Positions 29,371 to 45,424 of a stretch of DNA of 64,000 nucleotides are shown here, in pieces. Source of the stretch: Eledone cirrhosa (taxonomy: Eukaryota); the NCBI GenBank assembly GCA_964016885.1, contig OZ024758.1, positions 11,842,001 through 11,906,000 of the forward strand, given 5' to 3'. How positions within the stretch are numbered: position 1 is the stretch's first letter; each line of letters opens with the position of its first letter. The position numbers and the translations under genes are program-made. The notes under the pieces are model-generated. The model saw only the letters and a program-made list of their open reading frames with translations. It had not been told where the DNA came from and ran no database searches.

Positions 29371-29555
29371 TAATTGTTTCTACTTTTGGCACAAGGCCAG
29401 CAATTAACCCAGTGTATTACTGGTACTTTATTTTATCGACCCCGAAAGGATGAAAGGCAAAGTTAACCTCGGCGGGATTTGAACTCAGAATGGCAAGGAC
29501 CGTAACTCTATGCGTCAAAGCATGGCGTCCGACCCTCTACTGGTACTGCCAATCC
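29371..29555 (-). mobile_element. SINE family A
   Basis: Near full-length reverse-complement match. Confidence 0.88.
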
Positions 29556-29803
29556 TCTGAATGTTTGCCAGGTGTCTCGTAAATATATATATTTGTGGCG
29601 GACTGGGTCTAAAAATATTGGTTGCCAGGAAATGAAGAGGGCACACCTACATATAGAATGCTATCATTTAACTTTTATAATGAATAAATAACATTTTCGA
29701 AAAATACTTAAACAAAACAGTGCATTGAAATTTTTGCGGAAAAATATCTTACCTTCTCCAATAAAAAATATTACGTATTTTGCGAAATCCAGAGACTTTC
29801 AGT

Positions 29804-30269
29804 AATGACCAGAAGTCGACCCTAAATATGACTCATAGCTCTAGGAAAGCCACGAACAACACCTCATCTTTTTAACTTTGATTTTGAAAGTAGGTTTATC
29901 ATTATCAATTTTCATTATTCTTTTGTAGCTGTCTTGGTCGCCTAGTTGGAGAAATCATAGACGGTGGTGAAATTGGTCTGAAGTTCGATCCTGGTCGAGT
30001 AGGATTTCCAGTAATCATTTTCAGTTTCGTTTTCTATTGGTTGTAAAATAAAAACTGAAAAAGGTTACATGCACCTCTTGATTGAATCCAACGCCAGCGT
30101 CTTCACAGTCTCTAGAATCTACCATTAGGCCACAGAGAAAACTACAAAAATGTTATGAAAATTCATACTAATAAACCTACTTTCAAAAATTTCAAAACAA
30201 AGTGTTGTGGTGTCGTTCATGTCTTTCTTAATGTTATTGCTCCTACTTAAGGTCGACTTCTAAATCATT
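29804..30269. mobile_element. Old foldback/MITE-like element with long imperfect TIRs containing tRNA-like segments
   Basis: agaagtcgacc/ggtcgacttct and ttttgaaagtaggtttat/ataaacctactttcaaaa are inverted matches; A/B-box-like motifs lie in the inner arms. Confidence 0.6.
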
Positions 30270-30823
30270 TGGGTGTTCCATAAACTACATCCTTGTTTTG
30301 TTTCACATCTATCTAGACTATATTTTAACCTGTAATCCATGTTTCATTTTTGTTGCACTCCGTTTCTCCCCACACACACTCTCTCTGTGATATTTGAATC
30401 TACTATGATTTGGGCTAACCCCCCCCCCCCTGGGGTCCACTTGTTATATGTGTGTTGTATCTATAATCATTGGTTGCCTCGTAAATTATTGAGAGGCAGC
30501 GTGTGTGCATTTGAAATTTTTATAAGAGAGACGAAAAGATGTGAGGTGGGTGGAGAGTAGATGTAATGGATTAATGATTTATAGAGAATGATGGTGTCAC
30601 GTAGGAGTAATAACTATAATCTCCTACATATTTTCTACATTTGAATTATACAAAAAAATGTAAAATTCTGTAAGCTAATATTCAGTTTTACCTGTAATTA
30701 TATACACCTACGCGATATTCAGTGGGCGCCAAATGCAAAATTATCCAGTTATATCCACTTATATTGAGGCTACGGTTCTTAGTATTATACATGCCAAGTT
30801 TAATCTGAAGATGATATGTGAAT

Positions 30824-30923
30824 AATTGTTTCTACTTTAGGCACAAGGCCAGAAATTACCCAGTGCATTACTGGTACTTTATTTTATCGACCCCGTAAGG
30901 ATGAAAGGCAAAGTCAACCTCGG
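30824..30923 (-). mobile_element. SINE family A, 3' half
   Basis: Central domain and tail only. Confidence 0.8.
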
Positions 30924-30969
30924 AATAATGCTTTAAAATACATTGTGGCTATTTTCTAATATCTAAATC

Positions 30970-31143
30970 CGGTGCGTTTCCTGGACAGGACTCCAGTCCA
31001 TCACAAGGTTAAACCCCAGCTATTACTGTTACTCATTTTCAGCTGAGTATATTGAAGAAACGTGAAATAAAAGGTTTTGCTCAAGAACAAACACAGTACG
31101 CACACCAGCCCTGAAACGAACCCACAACATTATGATCGTAAGT
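30970..31143 (-). mobile_element. CORE-like SINE family B, truncated
   Basis: Reverse of GGGTTCGTTTC...GTTCTTGAGCAAAACC. Confidence 0.65.
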
Positions 31144-32274
31144 TTCTAATATAGCATTAAATAATGGTCTAAGTAACATCGTTTTAATCTTAATTGACAA
31201 GACATTGATATGTGAGTCCATTTTAGTTTTGTGGACGAAGAAAAAGCATTAAAGATAAAATAATATTTCTCTAATTTAATATTAGAAACGGTTGCAGACC
31301 TTCGATTTTAAAACTTGAACGTATAACATTACCAGAGACATTTGATATCCCAGAGAGAAATTCAATTCCTTCATTACGTTTCTCTCTTAAATTCGTTTTC
31401 TTATATATATATATATATATATATTGCCTATGTTTATTCTAATTCGTTTTTCTTCTCTACTCTTTTATTGTATTATCACTTTATCAATGTTTTAATATTA
31501 TTTCAACGATAGATATGATTATACGATTTTCAACTGGTCGTGGTAGTTTTCTCTATCTATCTGTCTCTACCTCTATTTTACGCTTTCCTCCCTCTGTATA
31601 TATCTTTACCGCACTCTCTAATTCTCTATATCTTCTATACTATAAATGAGAATGTTTGTATTTCTCTATCTGGGTATATTCGTATATGTGTCCATAGTAC
31701 CTCTCTCAGTATTTTACGCTTTTCCGTTCGCTATATATCCCTACGTGTCAGGATTTATCTTTGTTGATTTAATAGGTATGTCAATCAAAGAGTGGGCGAC
31801 GGAATACCTCTCTCTATCTATCTGTCTCTCGGGTGGTGGTGGCGGGGGTTCTACATACCTATGGCCTTTTTATTCTACAGTGACCTCCGCGATAGTCACT
31901 CTAGTTCCAAATACCTTCGGATTACAAAAGTTAATCGTCTCTATCTATTTTTCGTAGAACTTGCTAGAAAGATTATTTCTTGTTAAATATTAAGAGAGAT
32001 GAAAATATATATTTTCTTTCTTTTCACATTGTCTTACAAGAAATGCTTATTTACAAAAAAACATTTATTTGTATTCTATTCGTAGAAGTGCGTTGTTAAA
32101 CCAACTGCGATGAGACCCAAGAATATACCCCGAGCAAGCAATTTGGATAGCATCCTTGAGCTCGGCTGGTCTTACCTGAGGATCCAACCGAATCATTATC
32201 AGAATTGCTTCTGAAATGTGTGGGCGAAGAATATATATATATATACATACAGACACACACATACACACACGCCG

Positions 32275-32312
<38 letters not shown>

Positions 32313-32317
32313 AGGAC

Positions 32318-32474
32318 AAAAGATGAAATCGAAAATGCAGCTGGAGTCTTTCTTTTTTTAAATATATATTTATTTGGTTCCTTTACCGGTTTCGCAGTTC
32401 TTCTGGTAAAGGAACCAAATAAATATATATTAAAAAAAAAAAAGACTCCAGCTGCATTTTCGATTTCATCTTTT
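32318..32474. repeat. Inverted repeat (~70-bp arms) of the 16990-17090 family
   Basis: aaaagatgaaatcgaaaatgcagctggagtc...ggttcctttacc / ggtaaaggaacc...gactccagctgcattttcgatttcatctttt. Confidence 0.85.
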
Positions 32475-32538
32475 TTCCTTTTACATTCACTTGTGTAGGA
32501 CACCTGGGTTATTTTTCATTTTGTAAAAAAAGCCTCAC

Positions 32539-32581
<43 letters not shown>

Positions 32582-32922
32582 GCTCCCTTCCACATAAAAT
32601 TGTCTCAGAAATGTTACCGTTTAATACATTTTTGCTATCAATCGTCACGATATCTATCGTCATTGAAATATGTATAACGACCCAATTAATAAACATCTTC
32701 AGCTTCGCATTTTCCTCTTTATTACATATATGAGTGGGGGTGGAGGGGTATGAGTGGGGGTGGAGGGGGTGAAGAAGAGAGCAAGAGAGGAAAAGAAAAT
32801 GAGATGTAGTTTCAGAAATATTATAAGCTCTGGGGGAAGGGATGTCCTTCGTGAAACCTAATAGTTATACTTCGTATCAGGCTTTGAGCGACGCATTTTT
32901 TTTTTACGATTGTTTTGTAATA

Positions 32923-33110
32923 TAATTGTTTCTACTTTTGGCACAAGGCCAGCAATTACCCAGTGCATTACTGGTACTTTATTTTATCGACCCCGTAAAG
33001 ATGAAAGGCAAAGTTAACCTCGGCGGGATTTGAACTCAGAATGGCAAGGACCGTAACTCTATGCGTCAAAGCATGGCGTCCGACCCTCTACCGATACTGC
33101 CAATCCACCG
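32923..33110 (-). mobile_element. SINE family A, full length, with probable target-site duplication
   Basis: Full match; gttttgtaatataat occurs on both sides (about 32912 and 33110). Confidence 0.9.
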
Positions 33111-34588
33111 TTTTGTAATATAATGAGATCTTTATATACACATTCATTTCAAACACACAAATAAGCTTCCTTATATCAGTCTTTGTGGATATTCATGTAT
33201 GGGTGTCTCCATTTAACCGATAGATATGTTTTAAAATAGGTAAATATTTAATGAACAATGTATTGGCAATAATCCAGACAAAATTGGTTATTTCTGTAAA
33301 TAGAAGCTAGTGCTAAGTAATCTTAGGCAAGTTTTTTGTTGAAAAAAATGAGTTACATATTTATTTTGGCTTAACTTATATATTTTCCTTCATAGTTGTC
33401 TTCAAATAAGTTACGATAGTTTTCCTTATTTTACTTTTTACGTTGATTTTATTGAAGTAATGCAAGAAATATATAAGGAATGAAATATCTAATTTACATT
33501 TTATACCGAATGTGATATTATCCTCCAACCAGGAGCCGTGTGGCTCAGTGGTAAGGTTGTTGGACTTACAACGATCATAATGATGTGGGTTAAATTACTT
33601 GAGTGGGTTGTATATTTCTGAGTGTACGGTGACATAAGAAATATGTCTCTGTTATTCATAGCAGACCCAAAGAAACAAGAATGACAGATTCACGTCCATA
33701 CATATATAGATACAATATGTTGGCATGACAATTAATAGAAGCCTGTTATTTTGTAATACAAGTATATTGATATAGATTAAATATAATTTTTCTCAATATA
33801 TATGTAGAAGATTATGGCATATACAAATTAAGCTAGTGGAACGTTGCCAAGTAAGTTTAATCCAGCATTACTGGTTTCATAGCAAAGCAAACATTAACAC
33901 AAAAGCATATATGTACAAGAACATAAATTCTAGTGTTCAATTCATGGAAAATAATACAACAGCAAGAAAAAATATTCTAATATAAACATTAAACCTATGG
34001 ATCTATGCGCCAAATATATTTGAAAGGAACACATTATGGTTAAGGTTAACATAACAGGAAAATAAGTTCCCAAGCTGTTTCAGACATCAAATGCAAATAT
34101 AACATTATGGAATAAATATATGCATGACTACACATGCGTATATGTATATGTGAATATATTATGAAATGACAGACGAAAAAAGTTTAATTACATTTGAGCA
34201 GTGTTTATATATATAAACATACTGGCGCCAACAAAAATATTTTACAAGAAATAATTAAATATTTCGTATAGTGAATCGTTTACAACATAAAAGAAAAACG
34301 ACGAACAGAACTGTGAGTCAATCAACATGTTTTTATATATGTTAATGCCCAATAAAATCAAGGAGATGACAAAATCTGGCTGCAAATCGTCTGTCGTCTA
34401 AAAAAATTTACTTTAGGACACGCAACTATTTAACTTCTAAAATTGGCTCAAATAAGTAAAATCTTCCAATTTTAGGAAGTTGGTGCAAATGGAAGCAAAG
34501 ACCGCTTTTTAGGGAAAATACTTTTAGAATTTGTAGTGAAATTCCATATATAGTTGAAAATGTGTGTGTGAGTTTGTATACACATATA

Positions 34589-34735
34589 CAGTGTACTACC
34601 GGCATTCGCGGTGCCGGTTATTCGCAGAATTTTCCTAAGAACTAACTAATAATCGTTCATGGAAACCACCGCATATTCGCGGTATCGTAAATATGTTCCG
34701 CGATTTTTTATGGCTGTTTTCATGGAACTATATAA
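34589..34735 (+). mobile_element. Possible end of a pogo/Tigger-like DNA transposon
   Basis: TA-CAGTGTACTACC start with repeated ATTCGCGG motifs; no partner TIR found. Confidence 0.35.
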
Positions 34736-34737
34736 AG

Positions 34738-34961
<224 letters not shown>

Positions 34962-35053
34962 GATTTTATACCATTTTCCTGTAATATATTCAGATAACTT
35001 AGATTTAAATTTCATCATAATTATATTGAAAATATTACAAGAATATAGAAGGA

Positions 35054-35500
35054 TGGATTGGCAGTATCAGTAGAGGGTCGGGTTACGGCCCTTTATGGTC
35101 TGAGTTCAAATCCCGCCGAGGTTAACTTTGTCTTTCATCCTTACGGGATTGATAACATAAAGTACCAGTCACGCACTGGTGTCGATTTAATCGACTTCCC
35201 CCTCCCCCAAAGTTGCTGGCCTTGTGCCTATATAAGAAACCAGTATCTAAGGACACCTAGATCGGTAGGTGATGCAATCGGTAGAGTGGCTGACAACATG
35301 CTGTGCATTCTGAGTTCAAATTTATCATCGTTGTATTATTACTATATGTAGCATAGTTACTGTCATTTACGTTGTGAGTTCAGATCCCGCGCATGCTAGC
35401 TTTGACTTTCATCCTTATGGATTAAATACCGTAAAGTACCAGTAATGCACTAGGGTCAATTTAATCGACTGTTCTCTAACCCAATATTATTGGGCTCATG
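35054..35500 (+). mobile_element. SINE family A, one internally deleted long-form copy plus one degenerate copy
   Basis: Central domain present twice. Confidence 0.75.
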
Positions 35501-36675
35501 AATGATTGTTTGATATCTATATAGTACTTAGTTCGATGCCTTAAGAATCGTGCGTTCAAATCTAACTGACTTTAAAGTAATATTTTATATTGCGAACAAT
35601 TCGAAAAAGAGTTTCAAATAAAATTGTGGTATATTTTAAATTAATATCAAATATTCCAACAAAGTGTAAGGAACGCCCTGCAAGGTGTGGAAGTAGTAAT
35701 CACAGCAAGATAAATGGATTTTGTAGCAGACATTTTGAATTTATTCATGTTTAATAGTTGGAAAGTCGATCGACCCGTAGGATAAGAACATGTAAATGGT
35801 ATAAATTTATTTTGATCAACGACCTCACGAAATTATGTGATTGATGAAATACAGATACATATAATAGCTGAATTAAGTAAATCTCTCAGAAGATTTTCAT
35901 TGAAAATCGAATTGATTTCGTTTGGATTAAGCAGGTGATAACAATAATGTATTTGCAAATATGTTCGTCTAATTTCTAATCTTTCATTATATGTGATACT
36001 ACTATCGATATTATCTCAATCAATGTGGTAATCTTAATGGATTATAGTGTAAAAGACATTACAGGAAACCACCACCATAAGTTATTCCTTTGATAGATAA
36101 ATATTGGTAAATTATTACATTAAGTTTCATTTCTTAACTCCGTTCAAGTCAGTCAACGCTATAAAGCGGTATGTTGAACAATGTGAGAAATTCTTTAAAC
36201 AATAGGAGACAACTTTCTAGTTAAAATCGTAAATCATTTAATCAGGTAGCGCAATGAATAATATTATTGTAAGATGGATCTTTTGTTTCAGTTCAAATAT
36301 ATCTGAAAACAAATTGCATATTTTAAATACAAGACCATGCTTATCGTCTATTACAATGATAGATTTCTGGGAATATAATGTAATACTTTTAAATCTCTCG
36401 TATTAAATAAACATTAAAAAAATCTACATATGTCCTTTATTTTTAACTTCTAAAATTTAAGTGTGTATATAAATATTAAATCAAAATATATTTATTGTAA
36501 ATATATATTTATAATTATATAAGTAGGTTTCTCCACTGAAATACTTAGTAACCAACAAGGCTATGACAGTTATGTATTCTGTTAATCTGAAACCGAAATC
36601 CAATGTTGCTCTAATGATATACCACACTGGAAAATACAGTCACATACCCACACATACACATGCAGGCAGCCAAAT

Positions 36676-38068
<1,393 letters not shown>

Positions 38069-38529
38069 CCAGATCGTTAATTTCACTAGAAACTATCAAA
38101 TGATTGAAAAGTTTCGATCACAGATGCGTTGGAAAATCTATAGAAACATAGTTTGGAATAATTTCTCTACATGACTGATACGTGATGTAACTTTGGTGTG
38201 TTTCAATATACCAATATTAGAAATACAATAATGTAGTTGCACAGAAATGCTAATTATTCAATGAAACCCTATACAAAGGTCTGCTGGACAGGTTAAAAGC
38301 TGGAACTTCCATAGGCGATTCTGATTACACCCGAGTAAAGTCTACCCTCACTCTTCTCCAATTTCAATACTTTAGTTCAGCTAAAGGTTTCATTTACTAA
38401 AGGAAGTTTCTATATATTTTTCTCTATTTACTATTAGTCACTCAGTTATATTTCTGACACATGGATCTAATTTATACATACTTGTATTTTCCTAGAATTT
38501 AATAATACTAATAATATATATATAAAGGA

Positions 38530-38737
38530 ACAATCGACTTTCGTCAGATCGGACCGAGGAAACAATGTTTCCATTGGTCTTTACTGTTGCTAATACTATC
38601 TATCGGTCGCAATTCCAGGTAGAAGGAGCAACGTGAAATAAAGTGTTTTGCTCAATGACATAACGCATCGCCCGGTTCGGGAATCGAACTCACACTCATA
38701 ACCTCACGATTGCGAATCCAATTCTCTCACCACTCAA

Positions 38738-38739
<2 letters not shown>
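38530..38739 (-). mobile_element. CORE-like SINE family B (alternative tail)
   Basis: GAGTTCGATTCCCG B box and CORE-like motif on the minus strand. Confidence 0.72.
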
Positions 38740-38819
<80 letters not shown>

Positions 38820-38856
38820 GTATATATATATGTATATATATATATATGTATATATA

Positions 38857-38889
<33 letters not shown>

Positions 38890-39028
38890 ATATATATATA
38901 TGTATATATATATATGTATATATGTATGTATATATATGTATATATATATATGTATATATGTATATATATATATATGTATATATGTATATATATATATATA
39001 TGTATATATATATGTATATATATATATG

Positions 39029-39071
<43 letters not shown>

Positions 39072-39096
39072 GTATATATATATATGTATATATATG

Positions 39097-39127
<31 letters not shown>

Positions 39128-39212
39128 GTATATATGTATATATATATATATATGTATATATGTATATATATATATATATATGTATATATATGTATATATA
39201 TATATGTATATA

Positions 39213-39250
<38 letters not shown>

Positions 39251-39294
39251 TATATGTATATATATATATGTATATATATGTATATATATATATG

Positions 39295-39328
<34 letters not shown>

Positions 39329-39569
39329 TATGTATATGTATATATATGTATATATATATGTATATATATGTATATATATATGTATATATATGTATATGTA
39401 TATATATATATGTATATATATGTATATATATATGTATATATATATATGTATATATATATGTATATGTATATATATATGTATATGTATATATATGTATATA
39501 TATATGTATATGTATATATATGTATATGTATATATATGTATATATATGTATATATATATATATATATAT
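38740..39569. repeat. (TA)n/TATG compound microsatellite
   Basis: Direct reading; opposite strand polarity to 36681-38068. Confidence 0.95.
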
Positions 39570-39716
39570 TTCGTTTCTGAATTTGTTTAGCAAGATTCTT
39601 TATCTGAAAACGTGTGTTGAAACCGATATTGTTATACTTTGGGAGTTGCCAATAAGATGTGCGTGTGTTTCTTATTGGCAACATGACCCTCCCAAAGTAT
39701 ATATATATATATATAT

Positions 39717-39769
<53 letters not shown>

Positions 39770-39784
39770 CATATTGTTAGCCTA

Positions 39785-40830
39785 ACGTAACTTCCTCAGA
39801 TTAACTCTGAATACTATTTCGTAAACCAAAAATGAGAATAAGGTCAAGTTGACCTCACACATGAGACCTAGCAACAAAAGGCCATTGACATCTGATTTTA
39901 GTTTCTTCACATAAAATCCTTCAAGATAGCCTAAGATGTACTTGCAATTAACAATTAGAGAATGGTCGTACCTTTTCATCATTGGACTTATCCACCGGAG
40001 ATTGATTCTAATTAATGAGCAACAATAAAATTATATTCGTTGGAGTGACTTTCATTGCTATTGATGCTAAATTCAGATAATATCTGTCATATCAAATGTT
40101 ATGAATAACAAATTAGTGCGAATCAGTCTTAGATATACTGGTATGATCTGCTTTTATTTAATGATATGCGCCATACTTTCAATGTAAAATATTTCTAGTT
40201 AATTATTCTTTAATGCTGTTATTAGTTACTATATTTAAGGAATGTTTGTGCATTGACTTCGATTGGTAATTATTGGTTTGTGTATATTTTACCAAATCAA
40301 TAGTCTGTCCGATTAATGAAGCAACAGTATTCAGATTAAATTTATGTGTCTCCACGTTCAACTTCACTGCTGGCTTTGTAGTTTGTTATAACTTTCTTAA
40401 TATAATAAATCCCCATTAATTAACTTGTTTCAGTCGGCCATATCGGGTACGGTTATTATGCATCATCTCTGTTGTATATGTGTGTTATGTGTGGAGATCC
40501 TCGGGTACGTTTATTAAGAATCATTTGTGTTGTGCGTGTGGTATGTATGGCGATTGTTCAATTTGAGCTGTGGTATTGAATTGATAGTGTCTTGCACAGG
40601 ATGGGGTTGTTCCTGGAAGGGCTATACTTTATGAGCTGCTATGTTATTGTTTCTATTATTTTTTTCATCATATCTAGTGCTCTAATGATTATTACACTGG
40701 TCAACAGTATTTTGCTTTTTTCTGTTGACCTAAGTTCTTGAGTACTTAGGGACCGCTGAATGTAAGAATAACAATACTTGTTTTCTTATCACGTCTAGTT
40801 TTCACTTGTCCAAGAAGGAGGTTATAGAAA
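39785..40830 (-). mobile_element. Decayed R4/Dong-like non-LTR retrotransposon fragments
   Basis: Minus-strand remnants IIIRALDMMKK, IALPGT and ILCKTLSIQ (40560-40700), and a KYILGYLEG (YKYLG-like) RT remnant near 39930. Confidence 0.4.
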
Positions 40831-41212
40831 ACATCTATATTTCCTGTATATTTCCGGCTTACATGTTTCGTGAGATATTCTGCATATTTCTGTCGATATG
40901 TTATATTTTCTATTGATAATTATTATAATCATACACATTATAATTAGTCGAACGAATAATCAACTAATTAATAAAATAATTGATTTAAAAGAGGTTTCAT
41001 GCTGGAATTGTTTAATTCTTTATATTTGCCATTTGATTATTTTTCTGTTTCGTAACTTCCTTTACACATGCATGATGCACGTCATTTCCTGGGAAGATGT
41101 ATTTACGTAATTAATATAACTATATTCTTTAAAATTTAATAGAAGCATTAAAACAATTTCAATGAAAATATAAATATTTCCTTGCATGCCATGTCATGTT
41201 TCTGCAATTGGT

Positions 41213-41690
41213 GCAGTCAGTCGTTGGGGATACCACACGAGACGATTTTACAATTAGTTGTTTCCATTCGTCTCTATTTTCCGTCATGCATTTAAGTGTC
41301 TATGTGTTGTGACAAATGTAGTCTTTGATAGATTGGTGAAAGCAACAAGGATTTGTTTTGTCTGTCACTACTTCGCCCTCTCTCGACTGTACCCCGAAAG
41401 ATGGTTTTGGCCAAGGAGTTGTGGTGGACTATATGACGATACCAACCAGACGTCCATCTTTTTACTATCGTAAGAAGTGGTTCTCGTCTGTCAACATACT
41501 TGCTAACATGCTGCCGAACAAAGTTGATTGTGTTGTGCTCCGTGCATAAAATGTGTAGCATCCTTCTGAAGCACTTGTGCTCAATTGTCTAGATTTGTCG
41601 ATCAATGTCATCCTAAATGTTATATCTTTATATCGACAGCAGTATAATGAAATGTCTTTTGTCAACAGTAACATTTCATGCCATAAATAA
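41213..41690 (-). mobile_element. RTE-clade LINE 3' fragment
   Basis: EPLLTIVKRWTSGWYRHIVHHNSLAKTIFRGTVERGRSSDRQNKS matches the RTE C-terminal pattern (L.WFGHV.R...LAK.ILQG.V.G.R.RGR). Confidence 0.72.
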
Positions 41691-41727
41691 ATGTCCAAAC
41701 AAAATAATAATCATCGCTATCATTATT

Positions 41728-41913
41728 GTGGATTGGCACTATCGGTAGAGGGTCGGACGCCAGGCTTTCCAGCATAGTTACGTCCCTTTACGATCTGAGT
41801 TCAAATCCCGCCGAGGTTGACTTTACCTTTCATCCCTACGGGGTCGATAAAATAAAAGTACCAGTAATGCACTGGGTAATTGCTGGCCTTGTGCCTAACG
41901 TAGAAACAATTAT
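41728..41913 (+). mobile_element. SINE family A
   Basis: A/B boxes, central domain and tail. Confidence 0.88.
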
Positions 41914-42679
41914 TATTACACCCACCTTTATTTCTCTCTGTTTTATAGACAATGGTACTATGTTGTACTTACGTAACTTCAATTGAGATTGCGTTTACGT
42001 CCGATGCAGATTATATTTCCAATAATGCACAAGACGTGACGCTGCATTTGTTTCCCCAACATATTAAGAAGGATTAATAGAGATTATTAAAATATTGTTG
42101 TTTAAATCGTGAGTATCCGTGTCCATAACATTCGTTGTGAGAATGTTTATATTGCCTAACATAAGCAATCGCTTATAACAAATAATTTACTCAAACTGTT
42201 AACAGCATGCAATGATGTAATATTTTTCAGAGAATTCACAGAAAATTTGCCTTTATTTATTCCGAGATATCTGTTTATAATTTCATATATGTTATTTATT
42301 TCATCGTGAGTGGTGTCTGAAACTGTATGTAAATGCTTCGTATTATTTTAATATTTGCATCAATGCTAACCAATACAACTTCAGATACAGCTTTACGCTA
42401 AAATGGTTTATTCATATCGTTGAGGCTGCATTGAGACACTAGTATCATCACAATCTTCATAATCATCATTACCATCGTACTCTTGTATTTGTTGTATATT
42501 TGTACATTAAGAGCTTAGATATATATTAATAGTTTACCACATGTATTGTAAGGGGGAATGATAATTTTATCAACGGTCTGAAGTTCTTGCATTTGTATTA
42601 AAGTATTTGCATTTCGTTCCGCAATTAATGATAATTTGAAACGTTGTTGTGCATTATATTATATTTGTGAAGACTTATT

Positions 42680-42840
42680 AGTTAGAGAACTGGATTCACA
42701 ACCGGAAGGTTGCAAGTTCGGATCCAGAACCGGGCAATGTCCTTGAGCAAGATAGTATAGTTCAGGTTGCAACCGTTAGATGGTATTAGCAATGGAAGTT
42801 CCTATGGGAACGTTTCTTTGGTCTGATTTGACGAGGTCCA
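42680..42840 (+). mobile_element. CORE-like SINE family B, degenerate
   Basis: GTTCGGATCC B box, GTCCTTGAGCAAGA, tail ggtctgatttgacga. Confidence 0.6.
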
Positions 42841-43920
42841 CATCACTCGGTAAGGGAATCGATCTATTCGATTAGATTTGATATGGCATTTATTAAAATC
42901 AATTTTTATATAAATGTCTTTGTTTTCGGAAGCAGTAAAGTATGCTTTTCATGTAGACAGTCACGTTATTTTAATGTTAAGTAAAATATTTGATATTCTG
43001 ACTGATCTCTGGAACACAATGTATAATGCTGTTATGGACTCAGTTTATTTCCTTCCTAAGCCTTTATTATCTTTAAAGGTTCGCAGTTGAAAATAATTTT
43101 ATTTCCATGCTTTATTTTGTATATAATGTTAATATTTCTTGACGAATCTCTTTTCCTATTAAAACATTTAAATTTGTTTAAAAACATTTAATTTTGGCTA
43201 ATGTCCATTTCTTTCGAATTTACAATAATCTTTCTCATATAATGCATCGATCTACTTATCTATTAACTAAAGATGGGTTTATATTAATGACTATATATAT
43301 CAATATAAACGTTTTAAAGCTCCTTCAGTTTGATATCTTTGTATTTATCCCACACACTGCGTGATTAATGTTTTCTTGTTCATTTTATCTTTTCAGTTTT
43401 TGCTGTTTGTAAATTACTCTAACTACTCCACACTATAAGGGATTATTTAGATCGGAGCTTTTTCCTGACTTACGTGTGACTAGCGTATATTTACAAGTTC
43501 ATATTTGTTCTTAGATTTTCGATATTCTTTCATTTTATCATAAAACGCATTTCCAGTTGTCTTCTTTCCATAATGAATTTATTACATCACTGACAATTTC
43601 TAGTACATTATATTTTTTCTGTTTCAAAACCCCTTTTTTTTTTGTCTTTTGTTTTCAAAAGAATTTCATACACGTGCATTTCTTCGGATAAACATAGATA
43701 TCCTTCATTAACCATGACAGCTGCTTTTACTGAATATTTGAAGGAAATTCGTATTAGAATTTGCGTATCTCAAAGAACATTTTACCTGATGCACAGTATA
43801 ATATATTTTAGGTAATATTTGGTTTTTAACGAGTCACCGTAAAAGTATAGGTATCTGAGTATCGTACCTGGGTGATCAAATTCATCTGATGACCATATTT
43901 TATTTGATCGATCTATCAAT

Positions 43921-44014
<94 letters not shown>

Positions 44015-44985
44015 CGTAAATTGAATTTCCAATGGCCACCGTATTCTATACAAACGCACTTCACTCTCTCAATATATATATATATATATGTCTGTGTGTG
44101 TATGTCGACTGAGGGGTTTTGATATATGTATACATATATGTGTGTGTCTGTAGCGAGTGTATGTACATGTGTGTGTATATAGAGTTTTAGAATGTAACGG
44201 CATTCCCCAATTGATTTATATGTCGAATAATTGATCTTTCCAGCACAGTTTTCAGAGTATAATATAATTACAAAATTACTTTAAACTTCACATCGTTACT
44301 TGAATAATATTAGCTCGAACTGTCCACATAATCGATCAGGCCGGTGTTATGTCTAACTATTCAGGTCAATGTTGTATTAACAGTGTGGATTATTATATGT
44401 AGTTTACAAAGAAATTTAATAACTTTATCGTATCTGCTACATTTAAGAAATATCAAATTAACTTTTACTCCCATGGTTGTATGTCATTTGCTTCAGGGGA
44501 ATCACGTAGAGATTTATGTATAGTCTTAGCGTGTACTTCCTTGTAATTGATAATTTTTGGATAATTTAGGATAGGACGTTGTAATTTACTCTCAAAAATA
44601 GACTGCTAATCAGAATGCCAACTATCACCACTACTGTTGTTGCTGAGCGAAAATTAACCAGGAAATGTCAATGGAACTGTAGCTCCAAACGTGGAGACGT
44701 AGGCCAATTGCGTCCAACAACATAATCGAGTCCTGGACGGACAGACTGGTTAAGTTAAATTACACGGAGACTGCTTCGGTCAAGTCTCACTGGGCTGGAT
44801 GTAGGATTAATACTTATTCTGTGAATAGTAATTCTACTAATGTGTTATGTAGTTATATTAAGATGGCCATTTTACACTTGAATAAAAATAAGTTGATACT
44901 GGAATCCTCATGGGTGTTTATTGTCAACGGAAAAGTCTAATCAAACGAGAATAATGAAATAAATCGATTTCAGAATATAATAATT

Positions 44986-45424
44986 ATGGTTTCGTATATA
45001 GGCACAAGGCCAGCAATATTGGGGGGAAGGAAATGTCGATTAAATCGACCCCAGTGCGAGACTGGTACTTTAGTTTATCAACCCCGTAAGGATGAAAGGC
45101 AAAGTTAACCTCAGCGGTCAGAATATAGTAATTATGATATCTCTATTGTGAGGAAAATCATGTTTTAAATGTTGAAATTGACATCGAAGTTTCGGCGCAT
45201 TCTTTTGCATAATTCTCGTATCGATACGTAAAACTTTCGTATATAATGGTGTCTACTTTTGGCACAAGGCCAGCAATTACTCAGTGCATTACTGGTACTT
45301 TATTTTATCGAACCCGTAGGGATAAAAGGCAAAGTTAACCTCGGCGGGATTTGAACTCAGAATGGCAAGGGCCGAAACTCTATGCGTCAAAGCATGGCGT
45401 CCGACTCTCTACCGATACTGCCAA
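44986..45424 (-). mobile_element. SINE family A: long-form 3' half (44986-45117) and a second copy (45244-45424)
   Basis: Reverse-complement matches. Confidence 0.85.
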
